26,178 nt of DNA from a virus (IMGVR_UViG_3300037462_000252:1-26178), one strand, 5' to 3'. Numbered from the stretch's first letter, positions 15,353 to 23,637 are shown. Notes: generated by a model from the letters alone, not told the origin. Program-made: numbers and translations.

Positions 15353-16072
15353 CTAGCGGCGTGCGAATTTAAGCCGCGCGTCGCGGGTCAGGTGGCGCGC
15401 CATCTGCTCCTCGATCAGCGCCTTGGCCTCGGCCTCGGCTTGTGCCGGATCGGTACCAGCGCGTTCGATCGCCAGCCCCAGCGAGGCGTGGATTTCAGTG
15501 AGCTGCTTCATGCCGGTCGCCGAAAGCAGATCGGGATCGCCCTGGATCGCGGCGACCATATTGCCGAGGTCGGCAAAAAGGTCATCGAACGCCTGCTGCT
15601 TCAATGCACCTTTCAGGCCCTTGATCATCACCGTCCCGGTGCCGCGCCCGGCCCCGCGCACCACGGTCGAGACTTCATGCACATCAAGCCGCTTGAGCAC
15701 GCGCACCCGGTTTTCCGCGTTGGCGCGGAATTCGAAGTCGATAGCATTGTAGCCATAAGACCATTCCTGCACGCTCTTGCCGGTCTTGAGATCGAACTTC
15801 AGTGCAGCATGCCAATCGCGGCCAGCCTGCGTTTCAAGGTTGAGGTGCAGCTCGGCATAAGCCTTGTCGCCCTGCTCATAGACGCGGGCCTTGCCGAACG
15901 GCATGCCGTGGCGATCATGAGCGGTGAGCAGCGGTGCCCATTGTTCCTTCCAGTTGAACGCGCCGGGGGCGTAGGTGTCGCCATCGTGATCGACGGCATT
16001 GAGCTCGGCGATCAGCGCCAGCCCCTTGCCAGCATCGTCCATCTCGGTGACGGTCAGGTTCTTGGTCTGCAT
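15353..16072 (-). CDS. Prohead maturation protease, HK97 family
   Basis: Start MQTKN at 16072 with AGGAG RBS; VDHDGDTYAPGAF, LLTAHD (His), EWSYGY (Ser), LDVHEVSTV. Confidence 0.92.
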   Translation of the reverse strand: MQTKNLTVTEMDDAGKGLALIAELNAVDHDGDTYAPGAFNWKEQWAPLLTAHDRHGMPFGKARVYEQGDKAYAELHLNLETQAGRDWHAALKFDLKTGKSVQEWSYGYNAIDFEFRANAENRVRVLKRLDVHEVSTVVRGAGRGTGTVMIKGLKGALKQQAFDDLFADLGNMVAAIQGDPDLLSATGMKQLTEIHASLGLAIERAGTDPAQAEAEAKALIEEQMARHLTRDARLKFARR

Positions 16073-16082
16073 CGGACTACTC

Positions 16083-18311
16083 CTAAAGGCTGAAATTCGG
16101 GGCGAAGCTGAGGGTGCAGTTGGGTCGCATATTGGCGGCCATCGTCCAGGCATCCTCGGCCGAGACGATCATGCCGTCGCGCGCGATGTGGCTGAGCTCG
16201 GATCGCGGCTCGCCGAAGCGGCCATCGAACACCACGAACTCGCTCACCCCGTTGGCGCGCCCGGCCTCGATGGTGGAGATGTTCTGGGCGTGCTTGGTTT
16301 CGGTGCGGGCGATCACCCGGGCGCGGGTATCGGCATTGCCCCAGGGGCCGCCCTCGATCATGTTGGCGATCCGGTTGGCCAGCGCCTGCGCGCCTTCGCC
16401 CTCGGCCCGCCCTTCGGCCAGCGCCTCGAACAGCGCGGCGCGCGTCTGGCCGGGCACATCGACCAGCCCGGCGCGCGTGCCGCCGGTGGCGATGATCTGG
16501 CGCATCACCGGATCCGGGATCGAGGTGCCGAAGCCCGATTCCTCGACCGCGCTGGCAACCTCGCGGGCGATCCGCAGATATTGGCCCTGATAGATGCTGG
16601 AGAGCTGCTGTTCCCAGGCCTCAAGGTTGAGCAGATCGATGATCTGCTGGATGAGGTTGCTTTCCTGCTTGGTCTCGATCCCGCGCGCATCCTGCTTGAA
16701 GCCACTGGCGATGAGCACATCGCGCGCGATCCGCCCCGCCAGATCGCCCCAGCTTTCAAACGCCGGGCGCAGCGCATCTTCAAAGCCGGTGCGAAGGCCG
16801 CGCTCCTGCCGCTGAAGCATGGTGACGAACTGCTCGCCCCGCGCGATCGCATCGGGGCTTGCCGGGCGGGCATCATCGGGCAGCCAGTCTTCGGAGTTCT
16901 TGGTCTCATGCAGCGAAGCGTTAGGCTGACCGGAAATCTCGATGCCGGTGCCGCGATCCTTCACCTGGGGCGCGGGCAGCGCGCGGCGCTTTTCCGGCTC
17001 GATCGCGGGATCGGCTGCCGCAGCCGGCGCCGGAGCCGCCACCTGCCGCATCGCGCCCTGTCCCGCCAGCTCCAGCGGCACTTCGATCACCGAGAACGGC
17101 CGCAGGTAATAGCGGTGGCTGTCATCCGCCTCGCGCCCGGTCTCCACCAGATAATCGTAAAGCGTGATCGCGCCTGCCTGCAGCTCCTTGAGCTTGCGCT
17201 CGGTCGCCTTGTTTTCGTCCTCCTGCAGGGCGAGCACATCGGAGGTATCCCAGTAAAGCTCGATCCGGCGATTGCCGCGCTCGAAATCGGGCAGCAGGCT
17301 GCGCTGCAGCTCATCCGCCATCGCGCGCGCCAGCGGCAGCACGCCGTTATGCCAGGCAAGCTTGCGCAGCTCCTCCATCGTCGCGCCGACCTTGGTCTGC
17401 TGGAGCCCCGCGCCAAAGCCGACGACTGCCGCCGGAATGCCGATCGCGGCGCAAACCCGTTCCTCGGCCACATCACGCGCCTCGGTCAGGTTCATCTGCT
17501 GCGGGTTGAACCCGAAGGGCTGCACTTCGGTGGGCGCGCCCATCACCATCGGCTGCCCGCGGTTATCGCCGCCGAAGGCCTGCTTGAACCACGCCTTGGT
17601 CGCCTCGACATCATCGGGGCTGGCCATGCCGCCCGTCTTCGGGCTGATCACCACGCCGGGAACGCCCATGTTCCTCAGCAGGCTGGCCACGAAATTGCTG
17701 CTTTCCATGTCGGCGAAGATCTCGCGGATCACCCCGTCCATGGGCGACAGGCCGAGATAGGGCGCGCGCGGGTTGAGCCCGTTGCGGAAATGGATCACAT
17801 CCTCGGGCGCAAGGTAATAGCGGCCAGCCCCGTTGCCCGGCGTATAGACATAGTGATCGATGAAGGCCGAACCATCGCTGGCAGGCTTGGGCTCGATCAT
17901 CCAGCTCGGCGCAAACCACAGCTCGACCACCCGGCCCGAGGCGCTGCGAACTTTCAGCCAATAGCCATTGCCGTGGATCAGCATCATCATCGCGGTCGCA
18001 CCCCACAGGGCGATATCGCTGTAGAACGGATTGGGATTGCGGATCAGATCGAGCAGCGGATGCTCCTCGATCTCTTTCACCTTGCCGCTTGCCAGCTTCT
18101 GGCGCAGCGCGAGCGTCGCCTCAGGCAGCGCGCGCTGCACCCAGCCGACCGGCGCAGTCACCACCGAGGCATCGAGCATATCGCCCACCGCGCGGCGATA
18201 GTCGAACCGGGTGCGGCGCAAGAGCCCGCCCAGCATCAGCGACTGCGCGCCATGCCGCATCTGGGTGAGCGAGCTGGTGAAGCGGGCGAAAGCCTTGGTG
18301 AAGAAGTTCAT
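16083..18311 (-). CDS. HK97-family portal protein fused to a MuF/SPP1-gp7-like head morphogenesis domain (742 aa)
   Basis: N-terminal part: HPLLDLIRNPNP, HGNGYW, EDVIHFR, GLSPM, ICAAIGIP-like VCAAIGIP; C-terminal part: RARVIARTET and RPNCT (HPNC-like); no internal stop. Confidence 0.9.
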   Translation of the reverse strand: MNFFTKAFARFTSSLTQMRHGAQSLMLGGLLRRTRFDYRRAVGDMLDASVVTAPVGWVQRALPEATLALRQKLASGKVKEIEEHPLLDLIRNPNPFYSDIALWGATAMMMLIHGNGYWLKVRSASGRVVELWFAPSWMIEPKPASDGSAFIDHYVYTPGNGAGRYYLAPEDVIHFRNGLNPRAPYLGLSPMDGVIREIFADMESSNFVASLLRNMGVPGVVISPKTGGMASPDDVEATKAWFKQAFGGDNRGQPMVMGAPTEVQPFGFNPQQMNLTEARDVAEERVCAAIGIPAAVVGFGAGLQQTKVGATMEELRKLAWHNGVLPLARAMADELQRSLLPDFERGNRRIELYWDTSDVLALQEDENKATERKLKELQAGAITLYDYLVETGREADDSHRYYLRPFSVIEVPLELAGQGAMRQVAAPAPAAAADPAIEPEKRRALPAPQVKDRGTGIEISGQPNASLHETKNSEDWLPDDARPASPDAIARGEQFVTMLQRQERGLRTGFEDALRPAFESWGDLAGRIARDVLIASGFKQDARGIETKQESNLIQQIIDLLNLEAWEQQLSSIYQGQYLRIAREVASAVEESGFGTSIPDPVMRQIIATGGTRAGLVDVPGQTRAALFEALAEGRAEGEGAQALANRIANMIEGGPWGNADTRARVIARTETKHAQNISTIEAGRANGVSEFVVFDGRFGEPRSELSHIARDGMIVSAEDAWTMAANMRPNCTLSFAPNFSL

Positions 18312-18685
18312 GCCAGCAGCTCCTTCAGCATCTTGATCTGGTCGGCGGAGAGGTTGATCTTCTGCTCACGGAACGCGCGGCCGGCCTGCCGGATGATAAG
18401 CGCGCCAGCTTCGACCTTGACGATCGTCATGTCCGAAAAGGCGTTATGCCCGAGGTTGTGCGTGCCAATCTTCATGGGCCATACCTTTTCACCTGATTGG
18501 CCTAAGCGTCGCTCGATCCGCGTGACGATCGCCCGGGCATCATCCAGCCCGGGCTGGAACTCAGCAGCCATCTTCGGGTGCCTCTGTTGGTAACCCTCGA
18601 TCAGCCGGATTTTGTCCTTCAGCGCCATGACGACCGTCACGGTCTCGTTGAGGTCCAGCGTGATGAATGTACCGCCGCGCTTCAT
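18308..18685 (-). CDS. Hypothetical protein (125 aa) between terminase and portal
   Basis: ATGA overlaps at both ends; start MKRGGTF at 18685. Confidence 0.75.
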   Translation of the reverse strand: MKRGGTFITLDLNETVTVVMALKDKIRLIEGYQQRHPKMAAEFQPGLDDARAIVTRIERRLGQSGEKVWPMKIGTHNLGHNAFSDMTIVKVEAGALIIRQAGRAFREQKINLSADQIKMLKELLA

Positions 18686-20328
18686 GCCGGGATCCAGTTC
18701 GCGTCGAGGTCGAGGACATTGCCGCCGGTGTCGGGGGCATTGAGCGGACGCCAGCGCTGGCCATCGCCCATCTTCGTGGCAGCATGGAAATTCCACAGCG
18801 CCACAGCGTTATCGCCGTGACGCTTGCCGCCATCGGTGCCCTCGTTGCGCACATGGCTTGGCATCTTCGCAACGCCGCCGATCATCTGGAGCTGGCGAAG
18901 ATCGTTGCGGGTATCGAGATCGGCCGGGATCAGGATCATCGTGTCTTCGAACGCAGCGCGGAAGAGCGGGCCCGTTTTTCGGGCGTGCTCGGCAGACGGC
19001 ATCAGCTCGACGATCCGGTTTGAGCCGTAACGCTGCGCCGATTCCTGCGCCAGCACCATCCCGTTGCCGTTGGCATCAAGCACGCCATTGCCAAACGCGC
19101 CCATCGACTGGACCAGATCGACCATCCAGAACAGCGCCTGCTTTTGCTGGTCATAGGGGCATTGCGCCATTTCCAAGATCAGCGGGACGTGCCGTTTCAG
19201 ATCCTGACCGACAAAACCAATGGGATAGGAACTCCGATCCTGCCGCATGGCGAAATCGCCGCCGAGATACCAGGTGTGGCCAGCCTCGCCATATTGCTCC
19301 AGCACCGGGCGAACATTAGCGTCGAGCCACTGCTGCATCTCGCCGCGCCGGATGTGTTCGGGCGCGTGCACAAACCCCTCATAGGGTGGCTTCCAGCGGG
19401 CGACCTTGTATTCGGCGGTGCTGCAAGCCTCGATCCACGCGAGCGGAAGCAGCACACCTTCGCCCTCGCGGGCGATAGCATCGAGCTCTTCGCGCATGGC
19501 CTCGACGCGAGACCCGTAGGAGCGGCGGATGCGGCGATACCATTTGGCCTTGCCTTCGAGCGTAGGCGTTTCTCCACGCATCAGGCAGACCCGCTCGTAG
19601 AGCCCATTGGCGACCGCATCATCGAAGGTGACGCGGTGGATCGAGTAATCGTATTGCCCCGCTTCGGTTTCCTTGATCAGCTCGTTGAACGCGTTGAGCG
19701 CGCCATTATGCGTCGAGATGATCCTGATCACGCCACCCCAGATCAGCAGTGCATTGCAGGCATCGATCACGGCAGCGACATTGCGGTGGAACGCCGCCTC
19801 GTCGATCACCACACGGCCTTGGAGGCCGCGAATGTTTGCGGGGCTGCTTGAGAGGCCGACGATCGAAAAGCCGGAAGCAAACCGGATGCGATAGGCGGTG
19901 ATGAACTTGCTGCTACCGTCTTCCTGCTTGTCCTCGAACAGGAACTCGCCAACCTCCAAAACTTCACTCGCCACCGTTTTGGCGAAGCGGGCGCAAACCG
20001 CGACGAACTCTAACCCCTTGTCCTTCGTGTCGCCGACGTAATAGGTGTTATCCCCCCCTGCCTTTTTGGATGCCGCGGCGATCAACGTGCTGTCGAGCGC
20101 TTCGGCAAAGGTAATGCCCGTTCGCCGTCCCTTCACACCGAGCTTGAGCGGTGAGTCGTCCTCGATCCACTCTTTCTGGTGCAACATCAGAATGCCTTCG
20201 GCCAGCGGATCGAAATCCTCAGGCGGCAACATCCCCGGCATCAGCGTATCGATTGGCGAACGCGGCGGCGCCTGATCGGCAGTCGGGAGCTCATCAGGCT
20301 CCATAAGATTGGTCGGGCCGGGGATCAT
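18682..20328 (-). CDS. terL: Terminase large subunit, Mu gp28-like
   Basis: Walker A KGRRTGIT, Walker B VVIDEAAF, ISTHNG, nuclease GGDFA and HGDNAVA. Confidence 0.95.
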   Translation of the reverse strand: MIPGPTNLMEPDELPTADQAPPRSPIDTLMPGMLPPEDFDPLAEGILMLHQKEWIEDDSPLKLGVKGRRTGITFAEALDSTLIAAASKKAGGDNTYYVGDTKDKGLEFVAVCARFAKTVASEVLEVGEFLFEDKQEDGSSKFITAYRIRFASGFSIVGLSSSPANIRGLQGRVVIDEAAFHRNVAAVIDACNALLIWGGVIRIISTHNGALNAFNELIKETEAGQYDYSIHRVTFDDAVANGLYERVCLMRGETPTLEGKAKWYRRIRRSYGSRVEAMREELDAIAREGEGVLLPLAWIEACSTAEYKVARWKPPYEGFVHAPEHIRRGEMQQWLDANVRPVLEQYGEAGHTWYLGGDFAMRQDRSSYPIGFVGQDLKRHVPLILEMAQCPYDQQKQALFWMVDLVQSMGAFGNGVLDANGNGMVLAQESAQRYGSNRIVELMPSAEHARKTGPLFRAAFEDTMILIPADLDTRNDLRQLQMIGGVAKMPSHVRNEGTDGGKRHGDNAVALWNFHAATKMGDGQRWRPLNAPDTGGNVLDLDANWIPA

Positions 20329-20924
20329 TCGGGCTTGCTCTCACGCACCCCGAGGAACTCACGCCGCAGCTTCGCGACCGTCTCGGCGCTGAGACCAGCA
20401 TCGCGCGCCATAACACCGACCTTGTCGGCTGCCTTCGCCAGCTTGGCGGCGACTTCCTTCTCCAGCCGCTCGCGATATTCGGCGCTGGCCTTCTGCGCGC
20501 CGACTGCCGATTGCAGCGCCCGGCTCAGCTCCATGATGCCTTTCGTCGTCGGCGTCCCGCCTTCGAGCACTTCGAACACCGCGACCTTGATCAGCTCGGC
20601 CACCGCCACGGTGACCTGATCGGGCTCTTTGGCATCCATGGTGCGCACCAGCTCGCCGCCGATCCGCTGGACTTCATCCAGCTTGCGGAACTGCATCGCC
20701 TTGCGCACGGCATAGCGGCTCCAGGCGCTTTTGCTGATCGGCCCGATCCCCTTGTCGGCCAGCCGCTCGTTGAACTCCATCAGGATGGTGTTCTGGGGCA
20801 GGCTGCGTTCGCGCAGTTGCTCCAGCGCCCAGACGATATCCTCCTCGGCCTCATCGGGCAGCATGTCGATCGACGACAGGTGCCCGCGCCCCTCGCGCCG
20901 TTTTGTCCTGGGCGACCGGGCCAT
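20325..20924 (-). CDS. Mu gp27-like (DUF3486) putative small terminase subunit
   Basis: GRGHLSSIDMLP, ISKSAWSRY, GLSAETVAKLRREFLG; directly upstream of terL. Confidence 0.88.
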   Translation of the reverse strand: MARSPRTKRREGRGHLSSIDMLPDEAEEDIVWALEQLRERSLPQNTILMEFNERLADKGIGPISKSAWSRYAVRKAMQFRKLDEVQRIGGELVRTMDAKEPDQVTVAVAELIKVAVFEVLEGGTPTTKGIMELSRALQSAVGAQKASAEYRERLEKEVAAKLAKAADKVGVMARDAGLSAETVAKLRREFLGVRESKPE

Positions 20925-20925
20925 C

Positions 20926-21234
20926 TCAGCGCGCCTCGCCGGGGCGCATCACGCCTTCGATCACGCTGCGCTCTTCCAGGTGATCGCGGCCGGGCGCTTC
21001 GATCCGGGCGAAGATCACTTCGCCGCTGTCAGCCACGCTCACCGCGCCCAGATCGGCCAGCTTGCGCATCTGAGTGCGGATCCAGTCGCGATCCCGGCGG
21101 TAGCCGTAGATGTCGAGCATGTTCTTGAGCATGAGGTCGGAAAGCCGCCCATCGACCTGGGCGGCCAGCGCCCTGAGGATGCTCAGCCGCGCCTCGCGCG
21201 CGATGCCTTCGGCAAGGTTGGCCGCGAAGCTCAC
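20926..21234 (-). CDS. Mu gp26-like winged-helix protein
   Basis: RLSILRAL...RDWIRTQMRKLADLGAV...GRDHL..IEGVMRP. Confidence 0.85.
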   Translation of the reverse strand: MSFAANLAEGIAREARLSILRALAAQVDGRLSDLMLKNMLDIYGYRRDRDWIRTQMRKLADLGAVSVADSGEVIFARIEAPGRDHLEERSVIEGVMRPGEAR

Positions 21235-21659
21235 TTCTCCATCCCCTTGGGCACCACCACCGACATCATCAGATTGACGTTGCGGTCGATGTGTTCGACG
21301 GCGGCGGCGGTTTTGGCCGAGATCGCGGCGTGCTCGCTCTGCTTGTCGGAAAGGGCGCGCTGGCGCGATTCGTGATCAGCCTGCACCTTGACCAGCCGCT
21401 CCACCGCCTTTTCCAGCCGCTTGATATCGGCCACGCTGGCGACCGCTTCCTCGAACTTGTCGAGCCGCTGCTCGATCACGCCGACCTTGGCCTTCACGCC
21501 GCTCAGCTCGCTGTCGATCGAGCTTTTGATCTCGTCCAGCTTCTTGTCGACGCTGCCGGTGCTGACAGGGTTTCGCGCCCCGCCGCGCCACGCCGCCACA
21601 GTGATGCCGAGGATGATGAAGGCGATGATCGCCAGCTCAAGGAGATTTCCGGGGCTCAT
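21231..21659 (-). CDS. Mu gp25-like (DUF2730-like) membrane-anchored coiled-coil protein
   Basis: Start MSPGNLL at 21659 (ATGA overlap); N-terminal TM segment plus coiled coil; synteny before gp26. Confidence 0.7.
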   Translation of the reverse strand: MSPGNLLELAIIAFIILGITVAAWRGGARNPVSTGSVDKKLDEIKSSIDSELSGVKAKVGVIEQRLDKFEEAVASVADIKRLEKAVERLVKVQADHESRQRALSDKQSEHAAISAKTAAAVEHIDRNVNLMMSVVVPKGMEK

Positions 21660-22099
21660 GGGCCATCTGGTCCTTTGATAGTGGAAGTTGCCGAGGCAAA
21701 GGCGCGGCGCAGGAATTCCTTCACCTGCTCGCCGAACAGTTCGAGCAGGGAGAAGCCGGAAAAGCCGAGCCCGATGGCGACTACAAAGGCGAACAGCCAG
21801 CCGGGGCGGCTCTCGATGATCCACAGCTGCACCACGATGAGCATGATGAAGCTGACAAGCAGCCGCAGCTTCCAGCCCAGATCAGCCTCGGCCCGGACGG
21901 TGAAAGGCCGCGCCGCGATGATCCCGATCGCGCCCAGGATGCAGGTGACGATCGGCACCGGCAGGCCCGCCAGATCGATCAGGAACCGGTCGCCCAGCGG
22001 CGTCTGCACATCGGGCACCACCACCGCCACCGCCAGCGTCGGCAGCCAGACTTGCAGGAATTTGCCGAAGCTAACCGGCGCGCTGAGGTGATCGATCAT
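21656..22099 (-). CDS. Multi-pass membrane protein, putative holin
   Basis: Three to four hydrophobic segments and a charged C-terminus; only holin candidate near the lysis genes. Confidence 0.6.
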   Translation of the reverse strand: MIDHLSAPVSFGKFLQVWLPTLAVAVVVPDVQTPLGDRFLIDLAGLPVPIVTCILGAIGIIAARPFTVRAEADLGWKLRLLVSFIMLIVVQLWIIESRPGWLFAFVVAIGLGFSGFSLLELFGEQVKEFLRRAFASATSTIKGPDGP

Positions 22100-22335
22100 C
22101 GCCGCGACGCCTTCTGCTTTTCGATCTGTTCCTGGCAGTCGACACAGCGCCGGGCGGATGGCAGCGCAGCGCGCCGATCAGCATCGATCCGCTCGCCGCA
22201 GGTGATGCAGAATTCTTCGCCCATGCCCGCCAGATTGTTCCGGATGCGCGCGATCGCCGCCTCGTTCGAGATCCGCTCGAAGGTTTCGGCGCGTTCTAGC
22301 CCGCGCTCGCCCAGATCCATCGGCGCGCCCTTCAT
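22096..22335 (-). CDS. TraR/DksA C4-type zinc-finger protein
   Basis: CITCGERIDADRRAALPSARRCVDCQ. Confidence 0.92.
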   Translation of the reverse strand: MKGAPMDLGERGLERAETFERISNEAAIARIRNNLAGMGEEFCITCGERIDADRRAALPSARRCVDCQEQIEKQKASRR

Positions 22336-22985
22336 GGCCGTGGCTCGGGCTGGTTGCGGACTTTGCTCTGGGCGATCACCCAGTCGATCAGGCGGTTGAA
22401 CCGGTGAGCATCCTCGCTTGCTGCCTCGGCCTCATCGATCGTGAGGCAAACCAGCCCGATCAGGCATTCGGCAGCCGCGCTCAGCGCTCCGGCGGTGCGA
22501 AGGTGGTGATCCGGGGCCGCTGGATCAATTCGGCCGGCGGCGTGGCCGGTGCCGGGCAGATCAGCTGCCGGGGCGCTGCCGGAAGCGGCTCGGGCCGATG
22601 CTGCCCGCAAGCGGTCAAAGCGAGCGCGCAGAGCAGCAAGGTCGCCTTCGAGATATTGAACGGTCGCATCGGTGATGATCTCCTGTTCGCGCTGGACGCG
22701 CGCGACATTGGTGCGGGCTTCGGCCTCGGCCTGCCGGGTGGCATCGAGAAAAGCGGTGACGGTGCCCGCATGCGCGGCAGCTTCGGCATCACGCTCGGCG
22801 GTGATGGCGGCTATCTGCCGCTCCAGCGCAGGCACGCGGATGAAGGCCAGCACCGCAAAGCCGAGCCCGAACAGGATCAACGGCGCGCGCCACCATTCGG
22901 CCAGCAGCCATTCAGCCGCCGCTGAAAGGCCTTTCAGCAGCCTTTGAAGCGCGCCCGAGGCGAACAGTTTCAGCGCCAGCCACAT
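22332..22985 (-). CDS. Rz: Rz-like inner-membrane spanin
   Basis: N-terminal TM segment, Ala-rich coiled coil, follows the endolysin, contains an embedded lipoprotein ORF. Confidence 0.8.
   Translation of the reverse strand: MWLALKLFASGALQRLLKGLSAAAEWLLAEWWRAPLILFGLGFAVLAFIRVPALERQIAAITAERDAEAAAHAGTVTAFLDATRQAEAEARTNVARVQREQEIITDATVQYLEGDLAALRARFDRLRAASARAASGSAPAADLPGTGHAAGRIDPAAPDHHLRTAGALSAAAECLIGLVCLTIDEAEAASEDAHRFNRLIDWVIAQSKVRNQPEPRP
22481..22669 (-). CDS. Rz1: Rz1-like outer-membrane lipoprotein spanin embedded in Rz (62 aa)
   Basis: AGGAG RBS then MRPFNISKATLLLCALALTA-C lipobox and Pro-rich mature part, in a different frame from Rz. Confidence 0.85.
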   Translation of the reverse strand: MRPFNISKATLLLCALALTACGQHRPEPLPAAPRQLICPAPATPPAELIQRPRITTFAPPER

Positions 22986-23581
22986 CAGCTGCGGCCCGGT
23001 GCATTGCGGGCCAGCGCTGCGCGCACCTCGTCGCGGATGTCGATCTCGCGCGCGCTCGACCAGACGGGATTGCGCGGCTCACGCGGGTTGACCCGATCAT
23101 AGATCAGCACCCTGCCATCCTGCGACCAGCGCCCGTCGAAAAACAGTGCGCGTTCGGCCTTGCGGCGGTCGATAATCTCGCGCGGGCGCGACCAGTTCAT
23201 GAACTCGGACCAGGCACGCTCGCGGCGGCCCAGCACGAAGGATTGCACCCAGCTCGCCTGCTGGATGGCACCGGTGTTCCAGTGAAAGCTGAGCGCGGCG
23301 GCCAGCTGCACCTCGGTCAGCGCGCGCCCGCGAAAAGCGGCCTGCACCTGCGGCAGATAAACGGTGCGCAGCAGCCATTCGAAGATTTCGACGGCGCGCT
23401 CGATGCTGGATCGCTGCCCGCCGTTCTGGGTATCATAGCGCTCGACCCGGTGCCCGCTGGCGTTGGTGACGCCGAAGCCCCAGGTCAGCACGCCTGCGCT
23501 GCACTTGTAAGCCTCCAGCACGAGGCCTTCGTGCTCGGCCACTTCAAGAAGGATGCGTTCGGAAAGCAGGGTCTGGGTCAT
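22985..23581 (-). CDS. Endolysin, GH24 (T4-like) lysozyme
   Basis: HEGLVLEAYKCSAGVLTWGFGVT gives an E-8aa-C-5aa-T triad; SFHWNTG; RRKAERALF. Confidence 0.93.
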   Translation of the reverse strand: MTQTLLSERILLEVAEHEGLVLEAYKCSAGVLTWGFGVTNASGHRVERYDTQNGGQRSSIERAVEIFEWLLRTVYLPQVQAAFRGRALTEVQLAAALSFHWNTGAIQQASWVQSFVLGRRERAWSEFMNWSRPREIIDRRKAERALFFDGRWSQDGRVLIYDRVNPREPRNPVWSSAREIDIRDEVRAALARNAPGRS

Positions 23582-23613
23582 GCCCTGCTGGATGGGGGAA
23601 ACGGGCGGTCTTC

Positions 23614-23637
23614 TCGCCCCGGAACGTGTTCCGGCTA
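23614..23637 (-). promoter_or_regulatory. Palindromic site CCGGAAC-GT-GTTCCGG, putative late-activator binding site of the lysis promoter
   Basis: 23/24 identical to 15087-15110; centre ~45 bp upstream of the endolysin ATG; includes the stop codon of the Mor-like gene. Confidence 0.7.

Noticed and set aside
16083-16900. MuF polymorphic toxin
   Set aside because: Protein ends right after the PNC motif, with no toxin extension or immunity gene
17656-17675. Third copy of the GGAAC...GTTCC dyad
   Set aside because: Different spacing, lacks the shared flanks and lies inside the portal coding sequence; likely chance
15999-18593. 864-aa plus-strand ORF
   Set aside because: Antisense shadow of the portal gene in high-GC DNA; no recognisable motifs
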